54,994 bases of DNA from Candidatus Parcubacteria bacterium. GTDB taxonomy: Bacteria; Patescibacteriota; Patescibacteriia; CAIXNZ01. The position numbers were made by a program, and so were the translations under genes. Below, in pieces: positions 1-10,196 of this stretch. Each line of letters starts with the position of its first letter. The stretch's first letter is position 1. Below the pieces are notes generated by a model. It was given only the letters and a program-made list of their open reading frames with translations. It ran no database searches and was not told where the DNA came from. Where the stretch lies: positions 1 to 54,994 of the forward strand of contig JAPLYG010000007.1 in assembly GCA_026395685.1 (NCBI GenBank). The letters run 5' to 3'.

Positions 1-66
1 CAAGGGAATTATGACAGAGGTGTTGATGTTACGGCTGAAATATCGTCGCTGAATTCTCATGAGTAG
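1..66 (+). CDS. 3' end of a truncated upstream ORF (…QGNYDRGVDVTAEISSLNSHE*)
   Basis: Open frame from window edge to TAG at 64-66, followed by a terminator-like hairpin; too short to identify. Confidence 0.35.
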   Translation, partial: QGNYDRGVDVTAEISSLNSHE

Positions 67-89
67 CGGAGCAAAGGAAACCCCGTATG

Positions 90-120
90 AAAAAAACCGA
101 CCCGTTAGGGGCGGTTTTTT
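90..120. terminator. Bidirectional intrinsic terminator
   Basis: A-tract, ACCG-CCC/GGG-CGGT stem, T-tract between convergent genes. Confidence 0.6.
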
Positions 121-148
121 GAGTGCGGGGAGGACGTCATTGGTTGTC

Positions 149-1510
149 TTATAATTCAAAAGATTGTTCATAATTGGGAACTTCTGCCGGATAACCAATT
201 TTGCTTTGGATTGCATCTCTCAAAGCATCGGCCGCTTTGCGTTCGCCCTGCACTATAAAGATATTTTTTGGAGGCTTTGAAAGATTTCCGACAAACTTTA
301 GAAGCTGCTTTTGATCGGCATGGGCGGAATAGGCGCCAATAGCCTTAATTTCAGCCTTGTTTTTTACAGGCATGCCCAGAACTTGTACAATCGGCATTCC
401 ATCAAGAATTTTTCTTCCCAAAGTGCCTTCAACCTGAAAGCCGATAACTAAAAAGCAGTTGTTAGGGTCTGCTAAATAGTCCTTTTCATGGAATAAAATG
501 CGGCCGCCGGTTGACATGCCGCTGCCGGCAATAATTATTTTCGGTTTGGGTGAAAAGAATATTTCCTTGGATTCATCTTTGGACATGGTCATTTTTAATC
601 CCCGGAAAGCAAAAATATCATCGCCTGATTTGATAATAGATCGGGTTTTAGTATTAAAATATTGTTGGTGTTTTTTATAGACTTCAGTGATTTTGATGGC
701 CAGCGGGCTGTCAATGAAAATATTAACCGGCGGAAGTAGCCTGTGCTCTACAAAATCATTTAATTCATAAAGCAACTCTTGGGTACGCTCAATGGCAAAA
801 GAGGGGATTAAAAGCACGCCTTTGCGCTTGATAACATTAAGAATTGTTTGTTTAAGTAATTCCTTTCTCAGTTTTTTCGGCTCATGATTGCGGTCGCCAT
901 AGGCAGATTCAATAATAAGGTAGTCTGTATCAGTAACAGTATCAGGCGGATTTAAAAGCGGAGTCGGCGGATTTCCCAAATCCCCGGTAAAGACCAATTT
1001 GCGGCAAAGATTATTTTCATTTAGCCAAAGTTCAATAATGCTGGAACCCAAAATATGTCCGGCATCATTAAAGCGAAAGGTCAGGCTATCATTAATTTTA
1101 ATTTTCTTATGATAGTCATAAACATTTATCATTTTTAGCATCTTTTTCAAATGATCTTCGCCGTACAAGGGTTCCAGGTTTTTTTGTTTTGCTTCTTCCT
1201 GTAAAAGTCTGACCGCATCAGCCAGAGCAACTGCCATTAAATCTCTAGTCGGAGGAGTGCAGATTATTTTTCCGCGAAAACCGTATTTGATCAGGCGCGC
1301 AACTCGTCCGCAATGATCCAAATGGGAATGAGTAACAAAAACACAACTAACCTTTGAGGGGTTAAAAGGAAATTTCAGATAATTTAATTCTGTCAATTCA
1401 GGCGAACCCTGAAAAATTCCACAATCAACGAGGATTTTATTCTGACCCGTTTCAATTAGGTAATTGGCGCCGGTGACAACCTTGGCGCCGCCAAAGAAAT
1501 GTAGTTTCAT
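149..1510 (-). CDS. MBL-fold metallo-hydrolase, beta-CASP family RNase
   Basis: GGAKVVTG N-terminus, THSHLDHCG (HxHxDH), AGHILGS, IESAYGDR, SAHADQ motifs. Confidence 0.9.
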   Translation of the reverse strand: MKLHFFGGAKVVTGANYLIETGQNKILVDCGIFQGSPELTELNYLKFPFNPSKVSCVFVTHSHLDHCGRVARLIKYGFRGKIICTPPTRDLMAVALADAVRLLQEEAKQKNLEPLYGEDHLKKMLKMINVYDYHKKIKINDSLTFRFNDAGHILGSSIIELWLNENNLCRKLVFTGDLGNPPTPLLNPPDTVTDTDYLIIESAYGDRNHEPKKLRKELLKQTILNVIKRKGVLLIPSFAIERTQELLYELNDFVEHRLLPPVNIFIDSPLAIKITEVYKKHQQYFNTKTRSIIKSGDDIFAFRGLKMTMSKDESKEIFFSPKPKIIIAGSGMSTGGRILFHEKDYLADPNNCFLVIGFQVEGTLGRKILDGMPIVQVLGMPVKNKAEIKAIGAYSAHADQKQLLKFVGNLSKPPKNIFIVQGERKAADALRDAIQSKIGYPAEVPNYEQSFEL

Positions 1511-2160
1511 AAGGTTATATAACTTCTGAACTAATTATATCACACCCAATACTTAAAGGGGATAAAAATAAAGATTTGTAGTATAAAATCAAATATTCGC
1601 ATAAAATAAAAAGGCCGGGGCAGGCCCATCTGGAAATGGACTGTCTGCCCCGGGTTAAGGAGAAAAAAAGTTTTTTGGTTGATTTTTTTGATTTCCCCCA
1701 TGGGAACCTTTGCCTGAGAAAAGCAGGAAGATGAACAGTGAGTTGTTAACGTTAAATAATTCGTTGGAGCCGATATTAAAGCCGATAAAGTCGCCTCTTC
1801 GCGAAGCGATTTTTGTTTATGCGTAAATCCGCAGATGGGATCACGCGCCTTCAGCCTATTTTGTTTTCCTCCTTAAGAAATTTTGCCAGGCATAGTGCCT
1901 GAGGTTTGTATCCCACTCAAGTTTTTCCCATCAGCACCTCCCTGTGTGGTTTTGCTGGTGATTTAACCGGTGATACTTCCTGACCTCTTACATCAATAAT
2001 AGCAGGCAAAGAAAATAGGTCAAGTAATTTGTGGATAAAGGTAGGTATAAAAATAAAACTTCCCGGATAGCTTGATAGATTCCGTATAAATTAAAAGCAT
2101 CAAACTAAAAATAGCCGATGCTTTTAATTGATCCTGTCTCGAGCAGGAATCCTTACGTAT

Positions 2161-3468
2161 CTATTTATTTTTTGGTTTTTTTGCCGGCTTTTTTCCCTTG
2201 TCCTCCGAAGCCTTGCTGGAGGAGGGTTCTTTTTCTGCTTTAGCGGTGAGTGCTTTTTTTTCTTTTTTTTCTGCTTTTTCTTCCGCAACATCATCAATCT
2301 TTTTTTCTTCAGCCTTTGATTTTTTTCCCTCTGATCCTTCTGTTGCGGTTTGGGCAGAAGATGGTTCCTTAGGAGCTTTTAAGCTTAAGCCCAGCCGGTG
2401 ATCTTTAGGTTCAATGGAAATAATGCGGAATTTGATGGTTTGTCCGGCTTTGGCAATTTCATTAACATCAGTAATTGGTTTATCAGAGAGCTCTGAAATA
2501 TGAGCCAGACCGTGGATGTCAGCATCAAGTTCGACAAATAATCCAAAAGGATTTACTTTGAGCACTTTACCGTCAACCATATCGCCGACATTATATTTTT
2601 CATTTATATTATCCCAAGGATCCTTTTGCAGTTTTTTCATGGATAAGAAGATCTTGGTGCCTTCAATATTAATAATTTCCGCTTCTACCTGATCTCCCAG
2701 TTTGACAATATCTCTTGGGTCGTCGATTCTCTGCCAGGCCAATTCTGAAATATGGACCAAGCCTTCCATTTTAGTGCCAAATTCTACAAAAGCGCCGAAA
2801 TCAGTAACTGCTGTAATTTTGCCTTTGATTTTATCGCCGACCTTATACTGGGAAACTGCTTTTTCCTGCACTTCTTCCCAGGCGGCTTTTTCTGAAACAA
2901 TTAGTTTTTCTTCTTTTTCGTCCACATCAAGCACCTTTACCTGCAAATTAGTATTAATGAATTTTCTTAAAAATTCTAAAATTTTTGCCTTATCACCGCC
3001 TTCAACTCGGGGATAATGCTCAGGAATTAATTGAGAAACCGGTAAAAAGCCGGTAACGTTTCCGATTTTAAGCATTAAGCCGCCTTTGTTGGCATCAGTG
3101 ATTTTAAGCGATAAAACTTCGCCTTTTTTCATCAAGTCTCTTAAGCTATCCCAGGCGCGTTGCTGACCGGCAAAGCGGAATGATAATTCCATTTCGCCAT
3201 TTTCATTTTCCATTTCAATTACAGTAGCCTCCACCATTTCATCTGGTTTTAAATGGCCGTATTCATCAGATTCATTGAAAAGTTCGCGTCCACGTACAAT
3301 GCCTGTTTTAATGCCTTCAAAGTCTAATTTCACTTCAGCCTTTGAAGCGCTGATTACTTTTACTTTAATTACATCGCCGACTTTTGGCAGCTTTAAATAC
3401 TGATTATCGGCAATCAGTTTGGCAAACTCTGAATTATCATTGGCTTGTTGGTTGTTTTGGTCTTCCAT
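2161..3468 (-). CDS. rpsA: 30S ribosomal protein S1 (four S1 domains, Lys/Glu-rich tail)
   Basis: Repeated S1 motifs (GFLPVSQL, FGAFVEF…EGLVHISEL, FGLFVEL…GLAHISEL). Confidence 0.9.
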   Translation of the reverse strand: MEDQNNQQANDNSEFAKLIADNQYLKLPKVGDVIKVKVISASKAEVKLDFEGIKTGIVRGRELFNESDEYGHLKPDEMVEATVIEMENENGEMELSFRFAGQQRAWDSLRDLMKKGEVLSLKITDANKGGLMLKIGNVTGFLPVSQLIPEHYPRVEGGDKAKILEFLRKFINTNLQVKVLDVDEKEEKLIVSEKAAWEEVQEKAVSQYKVGDKIKGKITAVTDFGAFVEFGTKMEGLVHISELAWQRIDDPRDIVKLGDQVEAEIINIEGTKIFLSMKKLQKDPWDNINEKYNVGDMVDGKVLKVNPFGLFVELDADIHGLAHISELSDKPITDVNEIAKAGQTIKFRIISIEPKDHRLGLSLKAPKEPSSAQTATEGSEGKKSKAEEKKIDDVAEEKAEKKEKKALTAKAEKEPSSSKASEDKGKKPAKKPKNK

Positions 3469-3823
3469 AATAAATGTTACTAATCTACAAATTGGCTACG
3501 AATCTACTAATATAATTACTTTTGAATAAATTATTAGTAGATTAGAAGTTATTAGAAAATTAGTAGCCCTATAAAACAAATAAACTCCCCTTAAAGAGAG
3601 CTATCATTTTAAGGTTAACCTGAAGGAAACTTTTTAGGGTGTTTCTTTCAAGTCCCCATCCTTCGCTAAAGCTTCGGAGGGGTAATTAATTAAATTGTTA
3701 AGTATTTATAGATTATATTATTAATTTAGATGTGTCAAGCTCGAGTTGTATCTATTGACAAGCATTATTATTTTTGTTAAGATGCCGAATTAGCTTTTAA
3801 AAAGCTAAAAGGAGGATAAAATC

Positions 3824-4762
3824 ATGACACAAGAACCGAAATCCTTGGCTAATGATGCTCGTAATCATGACGATTGGTTCATCCGAAGTCATTCTGCTCA
3901 TTGTTTGGGCACTTATGGCGGGGTGGAATCAAAAAAGACTCTGATCGAATGCCTGTCGGATAAGGAATGGCTAGTCAGATATTCTGCCCTTCTTGCTTTG
4001 CGGAATCAAGTTGATCAGGAGATTTTGGCATCAGTGCTATTGCTGGCTGAAGATAGTATCGCTGACATTCGCATTAAGGCGCTCAGCATTATTTGCAAAT
4101 ATTTCGGCGCTGAATTAACGCAGCAGTCCGAATATTGGCAAAAAGTGGTCAACGCATTCGAAGATGATGATGTCACGGTTCGCCTGGCTGTGCTTGATGG
4201 TTTGAAAAACATCAAAAACCAGGCCGTTAGCGATTTTCTTTTTTCTAAGCTGATCGATGACAGCTTCGTGGTAAGGGAAAATATCGCCAAGATCTTGATC
4301 TCCCAGCTTGATCAGCAGGAGCCGAAAATCGGAACCGAAAAGCTGAAGGAAAAGGTTTGGCAGCATCGCGACGATCCTGACCAGCGCTGGTGCACTGCCA
4401 TCATTGAAATCATGGCCATTGAACTGGATGAAAATTCAGTTAAGATCATTGAAACTTACCTTGATCATCCGAGCTTCACATTGAAGGACTTGGCTCTTTT
4501 CCAGATCAGCAGATTCAACTCGCCCAAGGTTCTGGCAATTTTGCTGAAAAACAGCGCGCCTGATAATAATTGGCTCTTGAGGCGAACAGCGGTTGAGGGC
4601 TTGGCAAATCACGAAAAACCCGAAGCCATTTCCTGTCTGAAAGGATTGCGCAAAGATGCGGATCCAGCCATTCGGGCTACTGCCGAAATGATCTTGAATC
4701 AGTGGGAATCGAAAAATTTGCCTCCGGTCAGCGGAATCAAACCCAAAGAAGATACCAAGTAA
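3824..4762 (+). CDS. HEAT-repeat protein
   Basis: Repeats of L-x-D-x-x-x-x-VR-x-x-A-x-x-x-L; AGGAGG RBS; TTGACA promoter near 3755; terminator 4766-4792. Confidence 0.8.
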   Translation: MTQEPKSLANDARNHDDWFIRSHSAHCLGTYGGVESKKTLIECLSDKEWLVRYSALLALRNQVDQEILASVLLLAEDSIADIRIKALSIICKYFGAELTQQSEYWQKVVNAFEDDDVTVRLAVLDGLKNIKNQAVSDFLFSKLIDDSFVVRENIAKILISQLDQQEPKIGTEKLKEKVWQHRDDPDQRWCTAIIEIMAIELDENSVKIIETYLDHPSFTLKDLALFQISRFNSPKVLAILLKNSAPDNNWLLRRTAVEGLANHEKPEAISCLKGLRKDADPAIRATAEMILNQWESKNLPPVSGIKPKEDTK

Positions 4763-4887
4763 GAAAATAGCCCCGGCTCGCGGGGCTTTTTTATTTATCA
4801 TTGAATCTGAAGTTGACAAGTATTGCTCCCATTGTTATATTGAAGAATCAGCGATCAAGCTGATCAATCTTTTCAAGGAGGACAATC

Positions 4888-5256
4888 ATGAAAATAGGGT
4901 ATTGGGTTTTGGCAATCATTTTGTCGTTTTGTTTGGCCGGGTGCAGTCACTCAGCAGCTACGGATAAAAAAGCCGTGCCCGAAAAGCAGTGTCCTTTTAC
5001 CGAAGAGGCCGAGGGGATTAAATTTACCTGCAATGTCGTCTTCACCGCCAATAATAGCAAAATCTTTCCGGCCCTGCTGGAAAATCCCACCGCTCATGCG
5101 ATCCGAGTCAAAGAAGTAGCATTTACTGCGGATGGAACAGAAGTTACCGTGGCGATTTATCGATTGGAGGCGCATTCGAATAAAAAAGTGTCTCGCGATG
5201 GGCACGCTTATTATCTCTCAACTCTTGAGGGTATCACATTCGGTTTTTTCAAATGA
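4888..5256 (+). CDS. Hypothetical lipoprotein
   Basis: Signal peptide with LAGC lipobox; AGGAGG RBS; TTGACA promoter at 4813. Confidence 0.7.
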   Translation: MKIGYWVLAIILSFCLAGCSHSAATDKKAVPEKQCPFTEEAEGIKFTCNVVFTANNSKIFPALLENPTAHAIRVKEVAFTADGTEVTVAIYRLEAHSNKKVSRDGHAYYLSTLEGITFGFFK

Positions 5257-5417
5257 TTTGCCTGATCTCTTCCGCCAGATCTTCGGGTATTGGCGGTTTT
5301 TTTATTTTCCGCTAATCTCCCAAAATGTCTGGAAATATTGTTCGTATGATTGGTTGATTGTATTTAAAACTAAAAGCGGCCCCGCGCATCGGGACCGCCT
5401 TTTTTTATTGAAGTAAT

Positions 5418-5963
5418 TTACTTTTTCTTTTTGGCCACTTTTTTAGCAGGAACCTTTTTGGCTTTTTCAGCTTTAACTTCAGCTTTTGCCTTAGCTTCTG
5501 GTTTTTTTTCTTTAGCTTCCGGAGCTTTAGCTGGTTTAATAATTTTAGCCTCAATTAAGGCATTCATAATTTTATCCAGCTTGGCATTAATTTGCTGTAA
5601 TTGATCGCCGCCTTTTCCGGCTCCGCTTGGTTTTTCCTTGCTAAAGCAGGCATCGCAGAAAACAGGTTTGCCTGGAGTTGGTTGAAAAGGAATCTGGCAG
5701 GGTTTGCCGCATTTATCACAGATGGCAGAATACATTCTGCGGTCACGCCTATCATCACGTCTGTCATCTCTTCTTTCAGGTCGGCCTTGTTCGCCTCTGA
5801 TTTTGGCAAAACAGTCAGAACAATAAACTGGCTTGTCGCCGGTCGGGCGAAAAGGCACTTCGCATCTTTTGCCGCATTCAGCGCAGGTGGCTTCATGCAT
5901 GGCAGGCCTTCCGCCAAAATCGCCCCTGCCGCCTGAGCGGTCGTTTCGTTGAAAATTTCTCAT
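5418..5963 (-). CDS. CxxC-x17-CxxC zinc-ribbon domain protein (two copies)
   Basis: CAECGKRCEVPFRPTGDKPVYCSDC and CDKCGKPCQIPFQPTPGKPVFCDAC; RG-rich start and Lys/Ala tail. Confidence 0.88.
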   Translation of the reverse strand: MRNFQRNDRSGGRGDFGGRPAMHEATCAECGKRCEVPFRPTGDKPVYCSDCFAKIRGEQGRPERRDDRRDDRRDRRMYSAICDKCGKPCQIPFQPTPGKPVFCDACFSKEKPSGAGKGGDQLQQINAKLDKIMNALIEAKIIKPAKAPEAKEKKPEAKAKAEVKAEKAKKVPAKKVAKKKK

Positions 5964-6008
5964 AAAATAAGTTTCTTAATGATTAATAAATAATTATTTT
6001 AATGTTTG

Positions 6009-6494
6009 TTATGATATTTTTTTTACCATGTCAATTACCCGATCATGATATTCGAGTTTTTTATAAAAATTATGGGTGTTAGTATTGGGTTCAAAAACTT
6101 CTACCCGAATTATATCACAGCTTTGGTCGAGAAAATACTTTTCTATTGTTTGCATCAGTAATGAGCCGATATTTTGGCCGCGTAATTTTTCACTTACAAT
6201 TAATTCTAAAATTCTACCTGCCTTTGACGGGATGCATTCTAGCTCATCTCCCGGGCTTTGTTTTTCAATTATCCCGGCAATCATGCCTATTGCGGTGCCC
6301 TCAATTTCAGCTATATAAATGATGCCCTCTTGATTCTCTATTTTTTTAAGCAGGTTAGCTGTATAGCTTTTGCCATAGCCCGGCAGTCTGTGCAGTCTTT
6401 TTAAGGGATCAAGCTGAATTAAATAATCCTGTAACTCTTCAATTAGCTTAATGAGCACTTCTTGCTCGTCTTGAAATTTAATGATTTTGACCAT
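6009..6494 (-). CDS. GNAT family N-acetyltransferase
   Basis: LIVSEKLRGQNIGSLLM motif A; N…FYKKL. Confidence 0.85.
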   Translation of the reverse strand: MVKIIKFQDEQEVLIKLIEELQDYLIQLDPLKRLHRLPGYGKSYTANLLKKIENQEGIIYIAEIEGTAIGMIAGIIEKQSPGDELECIPSKAGRILELIVSEKLRGQNIGSLLMQTIEKYFLDQSCDIIRVEVFEPNTNTHNFYKKLEYHDRVIDMVKKIS

Positions 6495-6567
6495 TTATGA
6501 AAACTAACTTATTTCTTATTATCAATGAAGAGTAGCACGAAAGGATAGATATGTACAGGTATCGGGT

Positions 6568-7014
6568 TTAAGTGCTTAATAATTCAAGCGCCTCAAGGGC
6601 AAGCACTTTGGTATTTTCAGGCGCACCGTCAAGATTTTTAATTTCTTCCGCAGTAAACCATTTAAGAGCGGATGTTTCTCCGTCTTGAGGATGCAACTCG
6701 TCAGTTTGCGCTGTTGCATAGTAAATAAAATCAATATGCTGATGAAATTGATTGATATCTTCAAGTAAAATATGCGCCGGACGGAATAATTGTCGCACAT
6801 CAGGCATTGCCGGCGTTATATCGGGAGTATATAATTTTACTTCCAAACCTGTTTCTTCTTTTATTTCCCGTATAGCCGTATCTTCTGGCAGTTCATCGCG
6901 ATCAATATGCCCGCCGACCGGAATCCAAATACCCAGCTTTTTATGCATATGCAAAAGAGCTTTGTCTTTATAGATAATAACGGTAGTGGCGGTAAAATGG
7001 CGGGTAATTTCCAT
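6568..7014 (-). CDS. NUDIX hydrolase
   Basis: GGHIDRDELPEDTAIREIKEETGL Nudix box. Confidence 0.9.
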   Translation of the reverse strand: MEITRHFTATTVIIYKDKALLHMHKKLGIWIPVGGHIDRDELPEDTAIREIKEETGLEVKLYTPDITPAMPDVRQLFRPAHILLEDINQFHQHIDFIYYATAQTDELHPQDGETSALKWFTAEEIKNLDGAPENTKVLALEALELLST

Positions 7015-7030
7015 AATGTTTATTTATCAT

Positions 7031-8383
7031 TTATTCACCGTAATCATCCGATATATTAATTTGTAATTCAAAATTATCACCATAAGCCTGCTGTAATTTG
7101 GCTTCTATCTGTTTACGAAAATGTTCCATAACTTCTCGGCTGTAGAATTTATAATCACCGCTAGAACGGGTCATCCTAATTTTCATTTTTCCTTCCTCTT
7201 CAAATAAACCAATATAGCCACCGCTTTTGGCTGTCAGATGCGGCAATGCTTTCTCAAATATATCACGGTGATATTGAAAATAATCCGTATTGCTCCAGGC
7301 AATATAATATTTGCCTTCACCGACACCCACGACAAATTTATTTTTTGCTTCTTTTCTGCCATAGTGACCTGTTTCATCCTTTTTTAAAGGATCGAGGGTA
7401 ACGATTTCTGGTTCGTTAGCCAGCGCTCTAGCGATATTTCCCGCATAAGCGGTGACTTTTTTACGTTGTTCATCGGTTAAGCTGGAGAAAATTTTTTCCT
7501 CGGCTTTCAGCGAACCAAGAAGCTTTACATCCGAGACGAATTTAAGCAGATATAATATATCATCAGGCTCAGAGGAGCATCTTGCTAATTTAATTAAAAT
7601 TGTTGGTTCGTTACCCAGCTTATGTAAAAATTCCTTACAGCAGCCCAGCGCTAAGGTTTTGTTTTTTACCAAATTAACAATTCGCTTAATATCGCCGGCT
7701 TTAAATAATTTTTTGGCAATTTTTTCTCCCGTTGATTTTAAGTCGTTTTCGTCCGAGTATGAGTCTTTATCCGCAGACTTTACTATTTTGGTGTACATTT
7801 TAATGGCCAAATCCATATTTTCAATTTCATCAACTATATCGCAGGCTATAGACACGCGCTGTTTACATATTTTAAAAAGTTCAGTGCGCTGTGTATCGTC
7901 AGATAATTTTCTAAGAAGTTCATAATTTGCATGAATTTTTTCATCTTTTAATAGTTCGCCCATAGCTTCGATATCTTCTGCTTCAATACCTTTGGCTAAT
8001 TTGTCAGTGAGTATTTTTGAGTAACTGAGATCAATATATTTTTTCCCCAAAAAATCCTTCAATTGGTCGTCAATGGGTTTGCCTTTTAATCTGGCCAGAT
8101 CAGCATGCTGAAACAATAAATCCTTCAATTTATCCTTTTCGTCATAGCTCAATCCGTTTTGAGACAATTTTTCTATAATTTGCTCTACGGACAGATTGCT
8201 TTGTTTGATACTTTCTCCCAGATCTCCGAAGGCTTCATTTTCTAAAAGGGCCAGTCGGTGAGCCACTTCTGGATTTTCGACTGCAGTTTTTTCAACAAAA
8301 TCGCCTTTTCTGTTTATTTTTTTGTACTTCCCCTTAATATCTTCTGTTAATTCGCTGTAAGTGTTGAAATTTCCCGGTTTCAT
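7031..8383 (-). CDS. Hypothetical protein (mostly helical, 450 aa)
   Basis: Long uninterrupted ORF, no motif recognised. Confidence 0.7.
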   Translation of the reverse strand: MKPGNFNTYSELTEDIKGKYKKINRKGDFVEKTAVENPEVAHRLALLENEAFGDLGESIKQSNLSVEQIIEKLSQNGLSYDEKDKLKDLLFQHADLARLKGKPIDDQLKDFLGKKYIDLSYSKILTDKLAKGIEAEDIEAMGELLKDEKIHANYELLRKLSDDTQRTELFKICKQRVSIACDIVDEIENMDLAIKMYTKIVKSADKDSYSDENDLKSTGEKIAKKLFKAGDIKRIVNLVKNKTLALGCCKEFLHKLGNEPTILIKLARCSSEPDDILYLLKFVSDVKLLGSLKAEEKIFSSLTDEQRKKVTAYAGNIARALANEPEIVTLDPLKKDETGHYGRKEAKNKFVVGVGEGKYYIAWSNTDYFQYHRDIFEKALPHLTAKSGGYIGLFEEEGKMKIRMTRSSGDYKFYSREVMEHFRKQIEAKLQQAYGDNFELQINISDDYGE

Positions 8384-8633
8384 AGGTTCAAATTTATATA
8401 TTAGGTCGTTAAGGTTGAGCTTTTATTAATGTACTAATTATAACAGAATAGCTTTAAACTAAGAAATCGGTATTTTGATGGCAGTTTTTTCTGATTAACC
8501 CCAATTTTTCCACTGCAAACGGATTTTTGCCCCTTGGAAAAATTTTTACTTTATGCTAAAATACTAGTATTAAATTCGCTTTCCGCCGTTGGTGGCGATT
8601 CTTTATTTACTTATTAGCTTAACTTACTTAAAT

Positions 8634-9257
8634 ATGACAATATTTTGGCACGGCCAGGGGGCCTTCAAAATAGTGGAAAAGGATGTGGTTGTGGCTATTG
8701 ATCCCCATGACAAGACCGGCTTAAAAATGCCGAAATTTCAGGCTCAGATCTTATTGATAACTGACACTAAAGATCAATATATTAATGCCGAAGGCTTGCG
8801 CGGTGATTCTTTTATGATTGACGGCGCAGGCGAATATGAAGTTAAAAATGTTTTTGTCTATGGCATTCCGGCTGAAAAAAAAGATAATGAGAAGATTACT
8901 ATATATTTAATAGAGATGGAGGGTATTAAAATAGCTCACCTGGGCATGACAACTCAGGATACTTTAACTGATAAGCAGTTGGAGATTTTAGAAGGAGTTG
9001 ATATTTTGTTAGTGCCAGTCGGCGGAGGAGATTCGTTAAAGGCTGCAAGTGCGGTTAAAATTATTTCGCAGATTCAGCCCAGGGTAGTAATTCCCATGTA
9101 TTATAAGTTACCGGGTTTAAATCAAAAACTCGATTCTTTGGATGTATTTTTAAAGGAATACGGTGCGGCTCAGCCAGAAACAGTTGATAAGTATAAAATA
9201 AGCAAAAAGGATTTGCCGCAGGAAGAAACCAGGGTTGTAGTGCTGGCGGCGACATAA
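8634..9257 (+). CDS. MBL-fold (Lactamase_B_3-like) protein with degenerate metal site
   Basis: MTIFWHGQ..F.I, IDP, GEYEVKNV, DILLVPVGG, PRVVIPM; ATG at 8634 preferred over upstream TTG. Confidence 0.8.
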   Translation: MTIFWHGQGAFKIVEKDVVVAIDPHDKTGLKMPKFQAQILLITDTKDQYINAEGLRGDSFMIDGAGEYEVKNVFVYGIPAEKKDNEKITIYLIEMEGIKIAHLGMTTQDTLTDKQLEILEGVDILLVPVGGGDSLKAASAVKIISQIQPRVVIPMYYKLPGLNQKLDSLDVFLKEYGAAQPETVDKYKISKKDLPQEETRVVVLAAT

Positions 9258-9326
9258 CTGACTGGCGAATCCGCGAATCGTATGCTGATAAGAAAAAAAT
9301 AGTTATAAATATTAATATATATTAAA

Positions 9327-10082
9327 ATGAAGGGGAAAAATAAAAAAACAAAAGTTAAAAAGGTAAAAAAGACGGCCAGCAAGTCAGTGGCAAAAAAGCC
9401 TAAAAACATTAAAAAAGCTGTTAAGGTTAAAAAAATCAGTGCAAGTATTTTAGGCGCAAAAATTGAGGTTGCTCAAAGCCTGGGTAAAAAAATTAATGTC
9501 GTGGAGGTCAGAGAGGAAACTCCTGAGATATTGAGAGCCGATCTTTCTCCCCAAGATGATAATCAGCCGGCAACACCGGAAGAAAATGATTTTGAAAATG
9601 ATAATCAGCCAGCTGAACCTGAAGATGAGAATGAAAATAAAAAAACAGAAGCAGAACAGGAGGATGTTTTGGAGTCAGAGGTTTCTGCTGCTGATTCAGA
9701 TATTAAAGAAAACGAATATATGCCCAAAAAGGACTTAACGCCCTTACAAAAAAATATTATTATGTATACTGGCATTGCTTGCGTAATGGCAGCGCTGGTT
9801 GTTTTTTGGGGTTTAAGCATAAAAGCAAGTCTTAGCCAGAATTTACCCGCTGAAAATTATTTGGAAGAAATAAAAAGCGAAGACCTGATTGATCAGATGA
9901 AGGATACTATAGATGGGGTTAAAGACGGCTTATCGCAGGCTCAAAATTTAAATCAAAATACAAATGATTTGCAGGCAGTTAAGGAAAAAATCATTGAGAC
10001 ACAGTTGAAAAATGAAATTGCCGATCAATTGAAAGATAAACTGGAAAATTTAAATACGAATAATATAAACATCAATAAATAA
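9327..10082 (+). CDS. Hypothetical single-pass membrane protein
   Basis: Lys-rich N-terminus, acidic region with DNQP duplication, one TM helix, C-terminal coiled coil. Confidence 0.7.
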   Translation: MKGKNKKTKVKKVKKTASKSVAKKPKNIKKAVKVKKISASILGAKIEVAQSLGKKINVVEVREETPEILRADLSPQDDNQPATPEENDFENDNQPAEPEDENENKKTEAEQEDVLESEVSAADSDIKENEYMPKKDLTPLQKNIIMYTGIACVMAALVVFWGLSIKASLSQNLPAENYLEEIKSEDLIDQMKDTIDGVKDGLSQAQNLNQNTNDLQAVKEKIIETQLKNEIADQLKDKLENLNTNNININK

Positions 10083-10196
10083 TAAACAATCATCAAGCAA
10101 TATTTAATAGCCAAATTCTAAGACTATTTGTGAATTAGATATTAAAAATTTGAAATTGTTTGAATATTGAGATTTGGTTATTGGTGATTATCAAAT

